DNA of 64,000 nt from Octopus sinensis (taxonomy: Eukaryota). Position numbers and translations under genes: made by a program. Under the pieces are notes generated by a model. It was not told where the DNA came from. It saw only the letters and a list, made by a program, of their open reading frames with translations, and ran no database searches. The stretch is taken from assembly GCF_006345805.1 (NCBI RefSeq), contig NC_043002.1:19406001-19470000 (forward strand), written 5' to 3'. Below are positions 49,687 through 63,394 of the stretch, in pieces; the first letter of the stretch is position 1; each line of letters opens with the position of its first letter.

Positions 49687-50714
49687 AGTGTACTGGCTAC
49701 TTTTTATATGGTAATATTATTAGGAATAAAGGGGCTCCTACAACTGGGAAGGAATAGGAGAGAGAGAAAAAGAGTATAATGATTTTAGGCAAGGTAAAGA
49801 GAAGAAGAGATTTAATAGTCATGAAAGAGTGGTAGCTGATAAAGTAACAGTAGCCATTAACTGGTGGGTGGAATATGGACAGAACAGAGGGAAGTGATTT
49901 ATGTTTGTGGTTAGTGAGAAAAGTGGAGGACAGGGTGGTAAGGGTGATGAAGTGGGTTGTGTAAAGAGTGTTGTCCTACATTAATCCTTTCAACCCCAAA
50001 TTATTTACTTGAGAACTTTTCCTCAAGTCAGTAATAGTGGGGGGGGGGGAGGTATGCATGCGAGCCTTTTGAGCTGTCATTATAGTGTCATACAGTCTGA
50101 TGATACGTGTGGCACAACATATTTATCAGAAAAAAACTGTAGCAGTACTATACTGTGTCACATAGAATGGGAATTTAAAGATTTGTGTTGTAAAATTTTT
50201 GACTGCTACAAATATGTACCAGCCAGGCTGAGTATAGGTTGATGATGTGAGAGGAAGGGAACATGAAAGAGAGAAAAACAGGTGAAAGTAGCAAGGTTTT
50301 AAAGTCATTAAAAAATATGTTTGGGGAAGACTCTTTCACATGTCTCTTTCTGAGAGACATGGGAAGGTGTTGAGGTGGTGAGGAAAGCAGTGGGGGGGGG
50401 GGTGCTGTAAAATAAGGGAGGCAGGAAAGGAGTGATTAACTGTAAATCTATATGTTAACAAGCAAGAGAGCAAGACATGTTTTTGTCTTAGAAGTAAGAT
50501 TAGAGGCATTGATATTTCTGGAAAGAAGAAATTGGCCTGTTAATGGCTACTCTGTTACTTTATCAGCTACCACTCTCTCATGACTATTAAACCTCTTCTT
50601 CTCTTTACCTTGCCTAAAATCATTATACACTTTTCTCTCTTTCCTATTCCTTCCCATTTGTAGGAACCCCTTTATTCCTAATAATATTACCATATAAAAA
50701 GTACCCAGTACACT
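49687..50714. repeat. Inverted duplication, arms 49687-49861 and 50539-50714 (~175 bp, ~94% identity, 677-bp spacer)
   Basis: Manual alignment: about 7 substitutions and 2 small indels. Confidence 0.92.
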
Positions 50715-51994
50715 CAATTCTCTGTGGAAGTTTGACAATGTCTTCTACTAAATTCCAAGTCAACCCATGCTTTGTGAGTGAATTTGGAAGACCTGTGGGA
50801 CAGAAATTCCTTCACTTGAATAAAAGCTATGGGCTGGTGATAGGAAATGCATCTGGTTGTAAAATCCTTACGTATGTCCCAAGGTGACCTGTACTAGACT
50901 AGCATGAAAGAACTGATGTTAAATGAATGACAAATGAATTAATGATATACATGTACACAACAAACTTCTACGCATATTCTGTTTATCAAATTCCACTCAG
51001 AAGTCTGTTCTACTGAACAAAGTAGCAGACATTTGATCAAGGTGGTATACAATGGGAATACATCCAGAACCACATAGTTATGAAGGAAACTTTTTTACAG
51101 TCAAGCTTATGCTATACATGTGTGCATTTGCATTGTGTGTGTGTGTTATCGTTATCATCATTTAACATCCACTTTTCATGCTTCCTTGGGTTAGACTGAA
51201 TTTGTTGAGGCAGATTTTCTGCAGCCTATCCTGTCACCAACCTTCATCTGTTTTGAAGGAAGGTGATATTTCCTAGTGGCTAGACATGTTTTTCATTAAA
51301 GACTGAAAATGAACAACACTGCTTGTATGACAGTGATGCTCGTTTACAACTGTCATGTGATATCAAGGCAAGGGTACACACAAACACATCGACACACACA
51401 TCTATATTTGCAAATATACATATGCAATGGATTTCTTTTCAGTTTCTGCTTACTAAATCTATTCATAAGACTTTTGTCAGTCCAAAGCTATAGTAGAAGA
51501 CTGAATCTAAAACTATGTGATTGGGAAGCAAGCTTCTTGACCACACAGACATGCCTGTGGCTATACATATAACAATAATAATGAAGTTACTGTGTATAGT
51601 GTTCAGGTGCACTAGAAGCCAAGTCCTATTTCAGCAGATATTGCATTACCTTGAGGCAAAGCAAGTCATTTTGCTTACTATAAAGTTACTTGACAGACAA
51701 CAAACTCCATTGATTAGTATTGTTATTTAGTGCCGTGTCATACTGATCCAGATGATCGATGAACAAAGACATTCCAGCCACAGCCAGCCCATCTGTTTCT
51801 CAGGCATAGTTTACTTAAGACCACATTATCCAATATGTTATTTTTCATTAGGTGTTAAGGTGTGTGTGATTTGAGGAAAATTTGGCAACTATTTCTTGTT
51901 GTATGACTGCACAGATGTTCTCTTGTTGGTACAGGTCCCATAATATAGCATTAAATAAACTCAACATACTGATCCCAGGATTAAAAAAAAAGCA

Positions 51995-52382
51995 TGCAGG
52001 TGTGGCTATGTTGTAAATAAGCTTGATTCTCAGCCTCATGGTTCTGGGTTCAGTCCCATTGTTTGGTACTTTGAGCAAGAGTCTTCTTCTATAGCCTTGG
52101 GCTAACCAAAGTCTTGTGAGTGGATTTGGTAAATGGAAACTGAAAGAAGCCTGTCATGTGTGTGTGTCTTTGTGTCTCTGTTTGTCATCCCACTATCACT
52201 TGACAACCAATGTTGGGGTGTTTACATCCCAGTAACTTAGCTGTTTGGCAAAAGAGACCAATAGAATAAGTACTAGGCTTACAAAGAATAGGTCTTGGGG
52301 TTGATTTCTTCAATTAAAGCTCTTTAAGGCAGTGCTCCAGCATGGCTGCAGTTAAATGACTGAAACAAGTAAAAGAATAAAG
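51995..52382 (+). mobile_element. SINE family A, full length
   Basis: Head, B-box ggttcagtccc, M2 module and gactgaaacaagtaaaagaataaag end. Confidence 0.8.
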
Positions 52383-54733
52383 CAGCAATATATATGTGGG
52401 TAACAAGGAGAGTATATAACAGTAGAAAATCTATCTCAATGAATTTTGTCTGACCTAAGCAAACATGGAAAATTGGACTTCGAAATGATGATGATGATAA
52501 AGATGCATATATACACATATATACATCTATATGAATGAAATAAATCTTTCTTATTTGTTTTTTGAAGCCAATGCTTCTCATTGGCACTACTCAGTTTTCT
52601 GAATTGTTATTCATTATACATGTGCATCACACACACGCACACATGCAAACAAACACATACGTAATTGACGCTAAAAATAAAATACATGTACTAACACACT
52701 TTCAGGTTTTCCTTATAGAAAAGTGCATTGTATAGCAAATTAAATCCAACAGACTAACAAATACAGCTAATTAGAGAATTTGTTGAACTACTAATTTGTA
52801 TAACCTCCTCCTGTTTATGAGGTCATTCATTGTCCTTAAGGCAAAATATACAACTATTTATTTCAATGTATGTAGCTGTAATGTAGCAGATACTACTTTC
52901 ATTTTATGGGTGAATGGTCAGTATATAGGGTTCTGATTTTAACTAAGAAAAAAATAAAGAATTTTCTTCTTTACAACTACTCATGTAAACATTCAAATTT
53001 GCAGAACCATTCAGTCTGTATTCGTAAATTGAGGCTATTGATAGCTTTCATTTGCAATATCTTCTTGAAGCTGATTTTACATTATGAGGCCTAATATCCA
53101 GTCATTGGTGATTGTTAATAATACATTCAACCCATACAATTTTGAAGCATAACAATATGTATCTTTCTGTTATTATATAATTATTACCAACAGCAACATC
53201 ATCATTACATTGTTTTGTTTTGCTTTGTTTTTTTCAACATATCAATCAACTACTTAATTATACTGTGCTGATATCATCATCATTATAGTATCTAATCTGT
53301 ATTATTATACTTTTCTCATTAAATCATATATCATTGTCATAATTGCATCATCCTGTCTTACCACCATTGTGTCCTCATCATCATATCATCACAACCATGA
53401 TATCATGATGATGTCATCATGATATCATCATAGCTATATAAATTTTATATATTCACTATTTCACTACTATTACATCAGCTTATCTCCAAGCATCATCAAT
53501 TCATTACTGTATCTTCATCAGTAATCTCTTCCCCATAAACATTATACCATCAATGTTATCATTGCCATAAATACATGTCCTATAAGTATATAAGGTTATT
53601 AAATACATGACATGTTTAAATGTTGTCTTATATATGGACAATCTCTATTATCATACCATCATCTGTGCTTAAAACTTACATTTTCAAGATAGTCATTACT
53701 ACCAATTACCCACCACAATTAACATCACCATCATTAGTGCTATCTTGAGTCCCATCATCACCATTACCTTTATTACTACAAGCATTGTTTTTCCTTATAC
53801 CATCAATACCAACACCATTCTCACTATCCCCCATAACCAACCACCACTACTACTGCCACCATTACCATTCACCCCCTCCCATTAGCATCATCACTCTCAA
53901 TACTTCCACCACTAACATTCCATATCACTATCAGAACCTTGCTTCCCATAAAATCTTTATCAGGTTTTAAAATATAAAACATGTTAAAATTCAAACATAT
54001 AATCATCATATCTCTGTCATTTCTTTTTATTTCCACTGTGCCTGGGTACAAGGAAGACTAGAATTGTGCTCCCCCAACAACTAAGTAGCTGGCAGAATGC
54101 ATAGTTCAGTTTAATACCACCACCTGTTACCTTGGTACCTTTTAGTAGAGTTCACACTGTTGCGCAGAAAATAAAGTCAACGAAAGGTAGATTAAATCAT
54201 TTAGCTCCCTCCCTATCCACGTGTGCTCCGCTGACATTGAGCGGCAAATGTTCAATTTAGACATTGGCTGTATCAGTCTTATCAATCTAGGAAGGCTTGC
54301 AGAGTTAAAGCAAATGAACAGGCACTGCCACACTTAGTCTAACTTATGGTTGGCGTTAGGAAGAGCATCCAGCTGTAGAAACTCTGCCAGATCAAGATTG
54401 AAGCCTGGTGCAGCCATCTGGTTTGCCAGCCCTCAGTCATTCATCCAACCCATGCTAGCATGGAAAGCGGACGTTAAACGATGATGATGATGATGGTGGT
54501 GGTGGTTTGCTTCATTCTAGTTGGGATGATCTTGACTGGATTTTAAATTTCAAGCTGTCTAATGTTTGTATGTCCATTTTTATATTTCATTTTGTAGATC
54601 TGTGTAGTATTTCTAGAATGTTAGATCTTGAAATGATTCTCTCAAATAACCTCTCATATCTCCTATGACTTTTGTAAATCCTTAAATGACTTTTTCTCTT
54701 TGCTATACCAATATTAGATTGACAAATTATAAT

Positions 54734-55099
54734 TGTTGAAATAACTCAACAAGACCCACCAACTATACAACTAGTCAATTAAATACACATCTGTAAATGG
54801 TTAGGACATTACACTCATGATTGTCAAATCATGGTTTCTGTTAATCCCTATGGATAAACAAATACACAGCAACAGTGTATTAACAATATAATCAAAACAA
54901 ACGGCAGTAACCACACGTAACATAACAACAATCTTTTGAAAACCAACAGTCCAACACGCTAACTTGAACTGTGACTTTTGAACTATCAACACATGAACTA
55001 AGGAACTAGCATGAACTCCCTCATTTACTCAGACTGCTACTATTTATATGTAGTGGTCCAGTCCATTCTCACCAGGAGGCATTGTACTCTTGCACAACA
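54734..55099 (-). repeat. 3' LTR (366 bp) of a Ty3/Gypsy element
   Basis: Minus strand TGTTG...CAACA termini, internal tataaatag box, immediately preceded by the polypurine tract aaaaggggaga (55100-55110). Confidence 0.85.
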
Positions 55100-55704
55100 T
55101 CTCCCCTTTTGAGATTTCATGTTCCAAGAAATAAAGAAATTATATATATATATATGTATATATTTGTTTTTTTTTTATTAATATCTCTCTCGCTTGAACA
55201 TTATCTCAAGGTATTCTGTCTGTTTACACTTGCTGGTTCTATGGGACTTTATTACTTTTGGTACCGGTACATCAAATATTTTACAAAATGCTTCCATGGA
55301 AATTTCTTCTTGATCTTGAGTATTCCTCTTCCTTAGATGGTTTATGTCTCTTATGTTCACCATGTGATCCTTTAGTTAGATACATCATACTTCCAATTTT
55401 TCTGGTAACAAGGCCATCTTTCCAGCTTTCTTTACCATTTCTCTAGGTTTTGAAATGCACTTTATCACCCATTTCGACATATTTTGTTGGCTTTTTCATA
55501 TTTCTTTAACATCTTTTTTTCTCTGGTAATAGCTTATCAAAAATGGATTTTATTCTTCTTGCGAACATCGATTCTGTGGGAGATTTCCCTGAATTTGTAC
55601 TTGGATTGGGGTCACTCTGTATATTCTTAAGAAATTTGTCAGTGCTATTTATATGTTATGGTCCAGTCCATTCTTGCCGGGGGGCATCATACTCTTGCAC
55701 AACA
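54734..55704 (-). mobile_element. Internally deleted Ty3/Gypsy LTR retrotransposon (60-bp LTR start + integrase C-terminus + PPT + LTR)
   Basis: FLRIYRVT/PNPSTNSGKSPTESMFARRIKSIFDKLLP...GDKVHFK...GKESWKDGLVTRKIGSMMY...HKRH/INHLRKR is a typical Gypsy integrase tail; 55645-55704 is ~83% identical to the first 60 bp of the LTR. Confidence 0.85.
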
Positions 55705-56149
55705 GTTTCAATTCCTGAACCAGGTGGTGCATTGTGTTCTTGTGTAAAACACTTCATTTCATGTTAGTTTGTGATCACTTACATCTTCTATGTGGCATAT
55801 TGTGAACCCACACAGGCAACAACAACATTTTGATGGAGTGAATGAGCTAGTGCACAGCACAGCACAGACATTTGATCATTATAAACAAATCACCTGTGTG
55901 GGTTGTTCAGCAAAAAGTTAACTGTACACAAAGGAAAAATACACCACTATTACTATCATTCCAATGCGTTCTAATAGGGGAAGATTCTCACCTATGAGAA
56001 TTTTCAGCTGGTGCTGAATATAGATTCTTATGCAACCAAATAGTGGATACGTGGAGTGAATATAATCCAAACAGAATTTGTATATGTGTGAGTGTGTGTG
56101 TGTTTATTTTTCTATGCTAGATATGCTGTGATTAAGAAGACCCAACAAC

Positions 56150-56757
56150 TAAAGTGAGATCGCAGCCATGGCCAATGCCAGTGCTGCATGTCTGGCCCAT
56201 TTAAAAGTACTCTTGATGCTTCGGGTGATATGATATGCTTGAGAAGACCTGTTGAGTCCAGTAAAACCAAAACCAAAATCGTAGCTGTGATCAGTGCCCC
56301 CTAACTGGCTCCCATGCCAGTGGCATGTAAAATTCACCATCCATATGTGGTTGATGTGAAGTCAGTCTGACTGGCTCCCGTGCCTGTGGAACATAAAAAG
56401 CACCATCCAAATGTAGTCCATGCCAGTGCCCCCTGATTAGCCCCGTGCCGGTGGCACATAAAAAGCATTACCCAAACATGATCGATGCCAGAGCCACCTG
56501 ACTGGCTCTCGTGCTGGTGGCATGTAAAAAGCACCATCTGAATGTGGTTGATGCTGGGGACACCTGACTGGCTTCCATGCCAGTGGCACATAAAAAGCAC
56601 CCACTACACTTTTGGAGTGGTTAGTGTTAGGGCATCCAGCTGTAGAAACCTTGCTAAATCAGACTGGAACCTGGTGCAGCTCCCCAGCTTACCAGTTTTC
56701 AGTCAAACCGTCCAACCCATGCCAGCATGGAAAACGAACATTAAATGATGATGATGA
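56150..56757 (+). mobile_element. Family C copy with 5 tandem ~63-bp hairpin units
   Basis: Five ctggctcccgtgccggtggcac[ag]taaaaagcacc-like units, then the standard 3' end. Confidence 0.8.
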
Positions 56758-57872
56758 GTTAGAATAGGTTGGATGGGTACTTATTTTTGGCTGTACACTA
56801 TTCCAGTTGCCATCCCTTTCATGTTTCACTACTATTCCACCAACTCAAAACTTCAGGATTGCAGGATATAAATGTTCACTGGGAATGTAAACCAATGACA
56901 TGTTTTCCTTTCTATTTGCTATTTTTTCCACTCAGACCAGCCAACAGGGATAAATCCTACAATCAGCTCCAACCCTATTCTATTCAAAGCAAATATGTCT
57001 AGTTTCACTCATGCACATGAACCTTAGACTTCCTTTATTTTAGTGCTCTCAGATGATTTTTAAAGAGAGTGAAACACAACTAGTCTTGCAAGAATTTTTT
57101 ACTTTAATATTTGTGTGTGTGTTTGTGTGTGTGTGCACTGGAAATCAAAATATTCTTAGGGAATGGTATGTATGGAATGGTAGCAATGCAAATGCTCTCA
57201 TTGATGCCAAGAAGAAAGAGTGCTGAATGAGGGTTACTTATGAGAGAAAGAAGGACTACTGCAAATAAACCCAGGAGCTGCAGTTCAAGTTAACTATGTA
57301 ATCAGAAGTATGATTAAATATTTTGAAGGTAAGAAAAACAGCATTAGAAGTATTTGCTAAGAGGTTGAAAATAACTGGGAAAGTAGCACATGCACTAGTC
57401 ACTCTCAGTCGATCAGATAGACAAGGCAGTGTCATATCTGATAACTAGCATAGTTGTATTGTAATCATCAACAACTGCTATGAGGGGAAAAGAATTTCCT
57501 GGCAAATGATTTTTGTCTTGTTAATTACTTGGTGACCCTGTCAGTGCAGGTTCCATTTAAAAAGCGTCCAGTCCACATTGTAAAGTGGTTGGTGTTTGGA
57601 AGGGCATCCAGCTGTAAAAACCTTGCCAAAACTGACCTTGTGTCTCATAAAAAGCACTAAGTCCACTCGGATGAGTGGTTGGTATTAGGAAGGGCATCCA
57701 GCTGTAAAAAATCCTGCCAAAACAGTCATAGAAGTCTGGTGCAGGCTTCTGCCTGGCTAGCGCCTGGCAAACCATCCCACCTATACCAGCATGGAAGACA
57801 GACATTAAATGATGATGACGATGATGATATACTGAGATAACATTGGCATGGTGTGAATTAGCATTGATTTTT

Positions 57873-58051
57873 AGTAAAGAGTTTAGTGTGCAGGCAGATG
57901 TCCATCAGAGCTCAGTTCTTATGACCCCTCCTCTTTATCATAGCTCTTCAGGCCCTTATCCTTTTACCTTCAGGCCATAAAGGAAGAGCTTAAGACTGAG
58001 AGCCCATGGCAACTTCTGAATGCAGGTACCCTTGTTCTCATGGCTGATTAG
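57873..58051 (+). mobile_element. Decayed RTE reverse transcriptase core (catalytic YADD eroded to NAGT)
   Basis: SKEFSVQADVHQSSVL / LFIIALQA / IKEELKTESPWQLLNAGTLVLMAD*, similar to GVHQGSVLSPLLFII...PWELLYADDLVL.AE. Confidence 0.8.
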
Positions 58052-59846
58052 AGAAAAATTATAAAATATTAACAAGTTCATTGTATATAGTGTTAAGGTG
58101 CAGAGTAGATGCAAAATGTAAAATTGAGAGGTCACCTCCAAGTAAACTTAGCAAATATAAAATTTCTTGTTACCAGCAAAGAATACTCAGTGTCATCTAA
58201 GAAATGACCAGGTTTGATACATAGAAAAGTTCTAAGAATGCATATGCATGTGGATATATGCATGTATATGCACACACACACATGTATATACAGATATGTA
58301 TGTGAGTGTGTGTATGAACAATTAAGAATGAACAAGAAAAAAGAATAAAGTTATCAAATTCATTCAAAGCTGTAGTCCCACAAAATGTCTCTCCATGTTT
58401 CAGATGTAATGGAAATATTTTTCTGAAAAACTTCAATGGGTACTGTGCTTGTTTAAAGAGTAATATGTTGTCAGAAACACTTAAGTGGAAGAAAAGAGAG
58501 TATTTGACACTAAAAATAGTTATTATATTCATTGGAAGCTAAAATTTTAAAATTATTCCACAGTTTCTCATTATCCAAATGATTATGACAAATAGAACAT
58601 AGAATTTTGTTTATAATAATCAGTGGAAATATTTGTTTATCATAACAGGTGCTGACCAGATAAAGTTTAAACATACAAAAAATGCTGCCAAAGACTTCCT
58701 ACATTTGATCTCATTTTGTTTCCAGATGAATCATAGATATATGACATTTTAATAGAAATCTGATTAAAACAAGCCATTATTTTTGTAGTAAAAATTTTGC
58801 AAGTTAATTGTTTCAACTCAAAAAGCATTTCCAGCAAGAAGAACACAATTACTCTCTACATCTGTAATTATATTTGCCTTACGAGTTATTCTTTTAATGT
58901 TATTTTCTTTGGAAACCCTTAATGTACTGTACAAAGGTTCAGCCCTGTAATATCACTATGCCTAGAACTTACTTTGGATTGACTGAGAACTACTTAAAGT
59001 TTGTTTTTATCAATATATTCATTTAAAGATCTGTAAAAAAAATATTTTCTACAAGCCTTTCCAAACATTTTTTTGTTTAAAAGAAACAAGTCTAGCAACA
59101 TATTAAAATTAGTCACTTCTTGGTCATGCTTCCCCAAATGTAAAAACTGTTTTTGTTCAAATTTATGCTGAAAAATTATTAATTATATTTCAACACACAC
59201 ACATACACACACACACACAGTTCTTGTGCATTCTCATAAGCACAAAACACAAAACACCCTGGTCTTGTGAAGTCAGTGACTTCTGCACAGAACATGTGTA
59301 CCCACATTTAAATTCATCCAGATTCAAGACACACCCAAAATTTTAACACTCTTGCATTCAGACATAGTGACTGTTTCCTCACACTCTCCTTCTCACACTC
59401 TCTTTCACTTACCTTGTCTTTCCTTCTCCTACTCATCACCTACTTTATTTTACTCACACATAACACAGCAAATAATTTGGCACAAAAAGTTTTGTAAACA
59501 TTTAATTACCTCTTGAAAATGCTATCTCTGTCTCATATCCACACACTCACATGTACACCCACTAACCAAAAGTCAGTGAGATCTGTACCTGGGTTATGTT
59601 CAGACATGATCATTATTTTACCTTTTTTTTTTCTTCTATCTGCTTGCTACTTAGTATTGCTTATCCCGTCACTGACTTGATCCTTAATCGGTCAGAAATT
59701 TTATCAGTGAACAAATGTAAAAATTACTAATATTTTCAGCTGATATTTTGAGATTAAGCTATATTAAGACAACATAAGATCACTATATCATAAGTTGCTG
59801 AGAAAGAAAAAAAAAATCTCAGGCTAAAACAGAAGAGCTGTGTTTC

Positions 59847-59895
<49 letters not shown>

Positions 59896-60367
59896 TGTTG
59901 CTTAACTCTATCACTTCTCTGTTTTTAAACAAGAACTTCAAAGTAGTAACTGGGAGAATTATCATATTCAAAAAAGAAAGAAGCCTTATTGCATATATTG
60001 AATACATTTTTTCTTTCATATCTACACTACCCCTGAGCATATGTGTCTTTGTGTGTGTATACGGACATATGCATATATGAGTTATATATATATATATCAT
60101 ATAGAGTTTGTCTATGCCAGTTCAGTAACCTGTTACTGTGAAGTTTCTATGGTGTACAGCTACTTCTTCAGACAAGTCACACAGAGTAAAAAATACAATC
60201 ACCAATGATGAAAGCAGTGTGGGAAGAAATAAGTGTGTACATATAGTAATTGTATGTGTGTGAGAGTATGTGTGCATGCATGTTTCTTATGTAAGCATGT
60301 ATGTGCACATACATGTGTACTATATGACTAAATATCTTTGTCCAATACTATTCATATTTTTTTATGT

Positions 60368-60630
60368 TTATTATTGTTATTGTTATTATTATTATTGTTA
60401 TTGAGTGAGAGAGCAATGCATGCCATCAAATTGACACTTGAGTAAAATATACAAAGCCCCGTGTACCCATCATGACTACCAGTCTGATGAGGGTACACTA
60501 AGCACATGCATCACAACCATATGTGCACGTCATAGTGATCTTATATCAAGATAAACAGTGCATGACCTTGCAGGTGGAGCCCAGTTAGAATTTTCATCAG
60601 GTCAAGTAGTTCATCCCACTCAAAAGATCC
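60368..60630 (-). mobile_element. Unclassified retroposon 3' portion with (AAT)n tail
   Basis: GC-richer body ending ...gcattgctctctcactcaataacaataataat on the minus strand; family recognised from memory only. Confidence 0.5.
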
Positions 60631-60981
60631 TATTATTATTGTTGTTGTTGTTGTTACTTTTACTATGCATTCACAAGCTTTTCTTTTCTCACTGCTTTCA
60701 CCATCAGTTTTGTGACTTTTAACCCAGTCTGACCTACCTGAAGAAGTGGTTTTATGCTAAGTAAAGTTAATGTGTGTGTGTGTGTGTGTGTGTGCACCAC
60801 ACCCACACACATGTATGTTTGTATGTATGTTTAAAAGGACCAATTATTGAAGTCGATAGTACAATGGATAGCATGGCAGAATGTGCAACTAAGGAAACCA
60901 GCTTGACTAACAAAAATACTTACCACGTTGCTTGAAATATCTATCAAACTAGGCCAAGTGCTAGTTTTTCTCAATCATAGT

Positions 60982-61210
60982 CAGATAGTACAGGAAAGTG
61001 TCATACCCATGGACTGGGTGGTGGTAATATCATTAAGTATTTCAAAGGAAAAGATGTTCTAGAAAGAGGCAATTATAAAGATATCAAATTGCAGGACAAG
61101 GTTTAAAAATTGATTAAAGATTTATAGTACAAGTGATTAGGAAGAGAATTAGCATAGATGAAATGCAGTTCGGTTTTATACCTGGAAGAAATACTACCAA
61201 TTCTATTTTA
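60982..61210 (+). mobile_element. Decayed RTE reverse transcriptase N-terminal region
   Basis: QIVQESVIPMDW / FKGKDVLERGNYKDIKL / IRKRISIDEMQFGFIPGRNTTNSI, similar to KGKGDALERGNYRGIKL...DEMQFGFMPGRSTTDAI; weak homology continues upstream to ~60835. Confidence 0.85.
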
Positions 61211-61379
61211 TGAATAATCCAACTGCAAGAGAATTACGTAGCTAGAGCTAAGCTTCTCTGTCTAGCATTGAAAGGCTTTGATGAGACAGTTCTATATTTA
61301 AGAGATGAGGAATTATGTACATTATTTACATTTGACAGATATTTGTCCTCATCTTATTTGTTGTTGACACAACGTTTCG

Positions 61380-61642
61380 AAATCGATCAACATCAATGGA
61401 AATTGCAGCTGTGATACCAGTGCCAGTGGTACGTAAGAAAACCATCCGAACGTGGCCGTTGCCAGCGCCGCCCCAACTGGCCTCGTGCCAGTGGCACGTA
61501 AAAAGCACCATCCGATCGTGGCCGTTTGCCAGCCTCGTCTGGCACCTGTGCTGCTGGCTCGTAAAAGCACTCACTACACTCACGGAGCGGTTGGCGTTAG
61601 GAAGGGCAACCAGCCATAGAAACATTGCCAGATCAGACTGGG
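61380..61642 (+). mobile_element. Family C copy with 3 hairpin units, lacking the (GAT)n tail
   Basis: Ends abruptly at gggcctggtgcag. Confidence 0.8.
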
Positions 61643-63394
61643 CCTGGTGCAGTCTAAAGTGAGGTAGACCAGGGTTAAACACCTGATACAATAGGTCAGT
61701 TAGAATTTAAAAACAAAAGACGGGCTATTAAAACTGTTAATAAGGGGTAGAATAAATAAATAAATGATATATGCTCTAAGGGGCCCAATGTTGCTTAAGA
61801 CAACACAAAATAAACTAAAATAAAATACAATAAAATGAAATATAATAAGACTAATAAGATAACATTAAAATTTAGAGAATTACCTATTTGGATAATCAGG
61901 AATTTAGAAAGTTAAGAGGGGAACTATTCTAAAGCCTTTTAAGTCAATAAAATAGAAGTGTAAAATAAATAAAAATAACAATGAAAAATTTTTTCCTTGG
62001 GTATTTAGGATTGAATATGGTTTTCTTTAAATTTATATATATATATATGTGTGTGTTCATATATAATGTGTGTGTATATATATATGAAGCAATTATTCCA
62101 ATATTTTATTAATAATATCTTTATTAACAAATAATTAATAATTAAGGATGTTGGAGCTGGCCAGCACTCAAATTTATGTTTAAAGTAAGCATCATAAAAG
62201 CTACTGCTACAATATTATTCAAGCTTGACATGATACTCTATGCACAAGGTGAAACTGCTTCTAAAATTTAGCAATTGGGCAGGGGATATTTTGACTTTGA
62301 GCCATTCTGCCTACAGATTTCATTGCTGTTGAGACTCTGTGATTGCCATTTCCTTTGCTCCATACAGATAATGACTTCTTATTCCATATCACCAGAAACT
62401 TTTTGTTTCCTAATTGGACAGGATTTTTGTATATCAACTTCTCAAGATATTTAGTGTCTTTTATCTTTTTCATGAGACACTGCTTTGAAGAATTTTTAGT
62501 CAAATGAATTGATACCCAGTACTTTTTTTTTATAACTTGCTATTTATTCTATTGGATCTCTTTTGCCAAACTACTAAATTACAGGGATGTGAACACACCA
62601 ACACCAGTTGTTGAGTGATGGTGCGGGATGCACATAAAGGTACACACACACATAATAGGCTTCTTTTAGTTTCTGTTTACAAGATCCACTCATGACTTTG
62701 GCCAGCCTGAGGCTATAGTAGAAGACAATTACCTAAGGTGCCATGTAGTGGGACTGAACTGAGAATGATATGGTTGGGAAGCAAGCTTCTTACCACACAG
62801 TCATACCAGTCTTGTCCATATATTTAGATATTAAGAGTATGTTGTATCACTATTTCTTTAAACGTTATGTACTCTGTCCTTTCCACATATTACATATTGA
62901 TATTTGCATCAAGATGTCTTGAGGAAGTTTGGAAAGAATCCCATAGTATGGAGCACAGCACTTGGTTGTTTTTCCAGTTGTGTATCAATTTTAGAATAGA
63001 TACATCACATCTCAGCATGTCATGAGGGAGCTATGAGATATGACAATAGAAAAGAAGTAACTAGAGTGTGCTACCCAGGGCAGCCCTTAAATTTACATTC
63101 TTGGGCTCCCACAGCCTTTACAGGCTTCTACAGCAGACCTAAAAGTGCTGCTCACATAAAAGTATCTCTTAGAGTGAACTGAAAGAGTAGATTGCCCACA
63201 CATCTTCATCTATGCTACTACACCCAGCCATAAAACATTGCTATGGAAAAGAAAATAGCTTCTAACCCATACAAGCACAGACAGTTGGACATGAAATAAC
63301 AATGATGGAAAATGCATGTGTAAATGTATATCCCAATTTAGTGCTACACACACACACACACACTCACTTGTACATACATGTACACATAATACAT

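Noticed and set aside
50039-50402. G-runs as G-quadruplex or telomeric signals
   Set aside because: Only isolated G11-12 homopolymers, with no four-tract motif; no TTAGGG arrays anywhere in the window.
60480-60630. CTGATGA motifs on both strands and a possible HDV-like fold
   Set aside because: No helix II plus GAAA for a hammerhead, and no P2/P3 pairing could be built for an HDV-like ribozyme. Other CTGANGA hits (4832, 10915, 13739, 44993, 50097) also lack helix II-GAAA.
62240-62503. 80-aa minus-strand ORF, possible hAT transposase or host exon
   Set aside because: No diagnostic motif or convincing splice sites.
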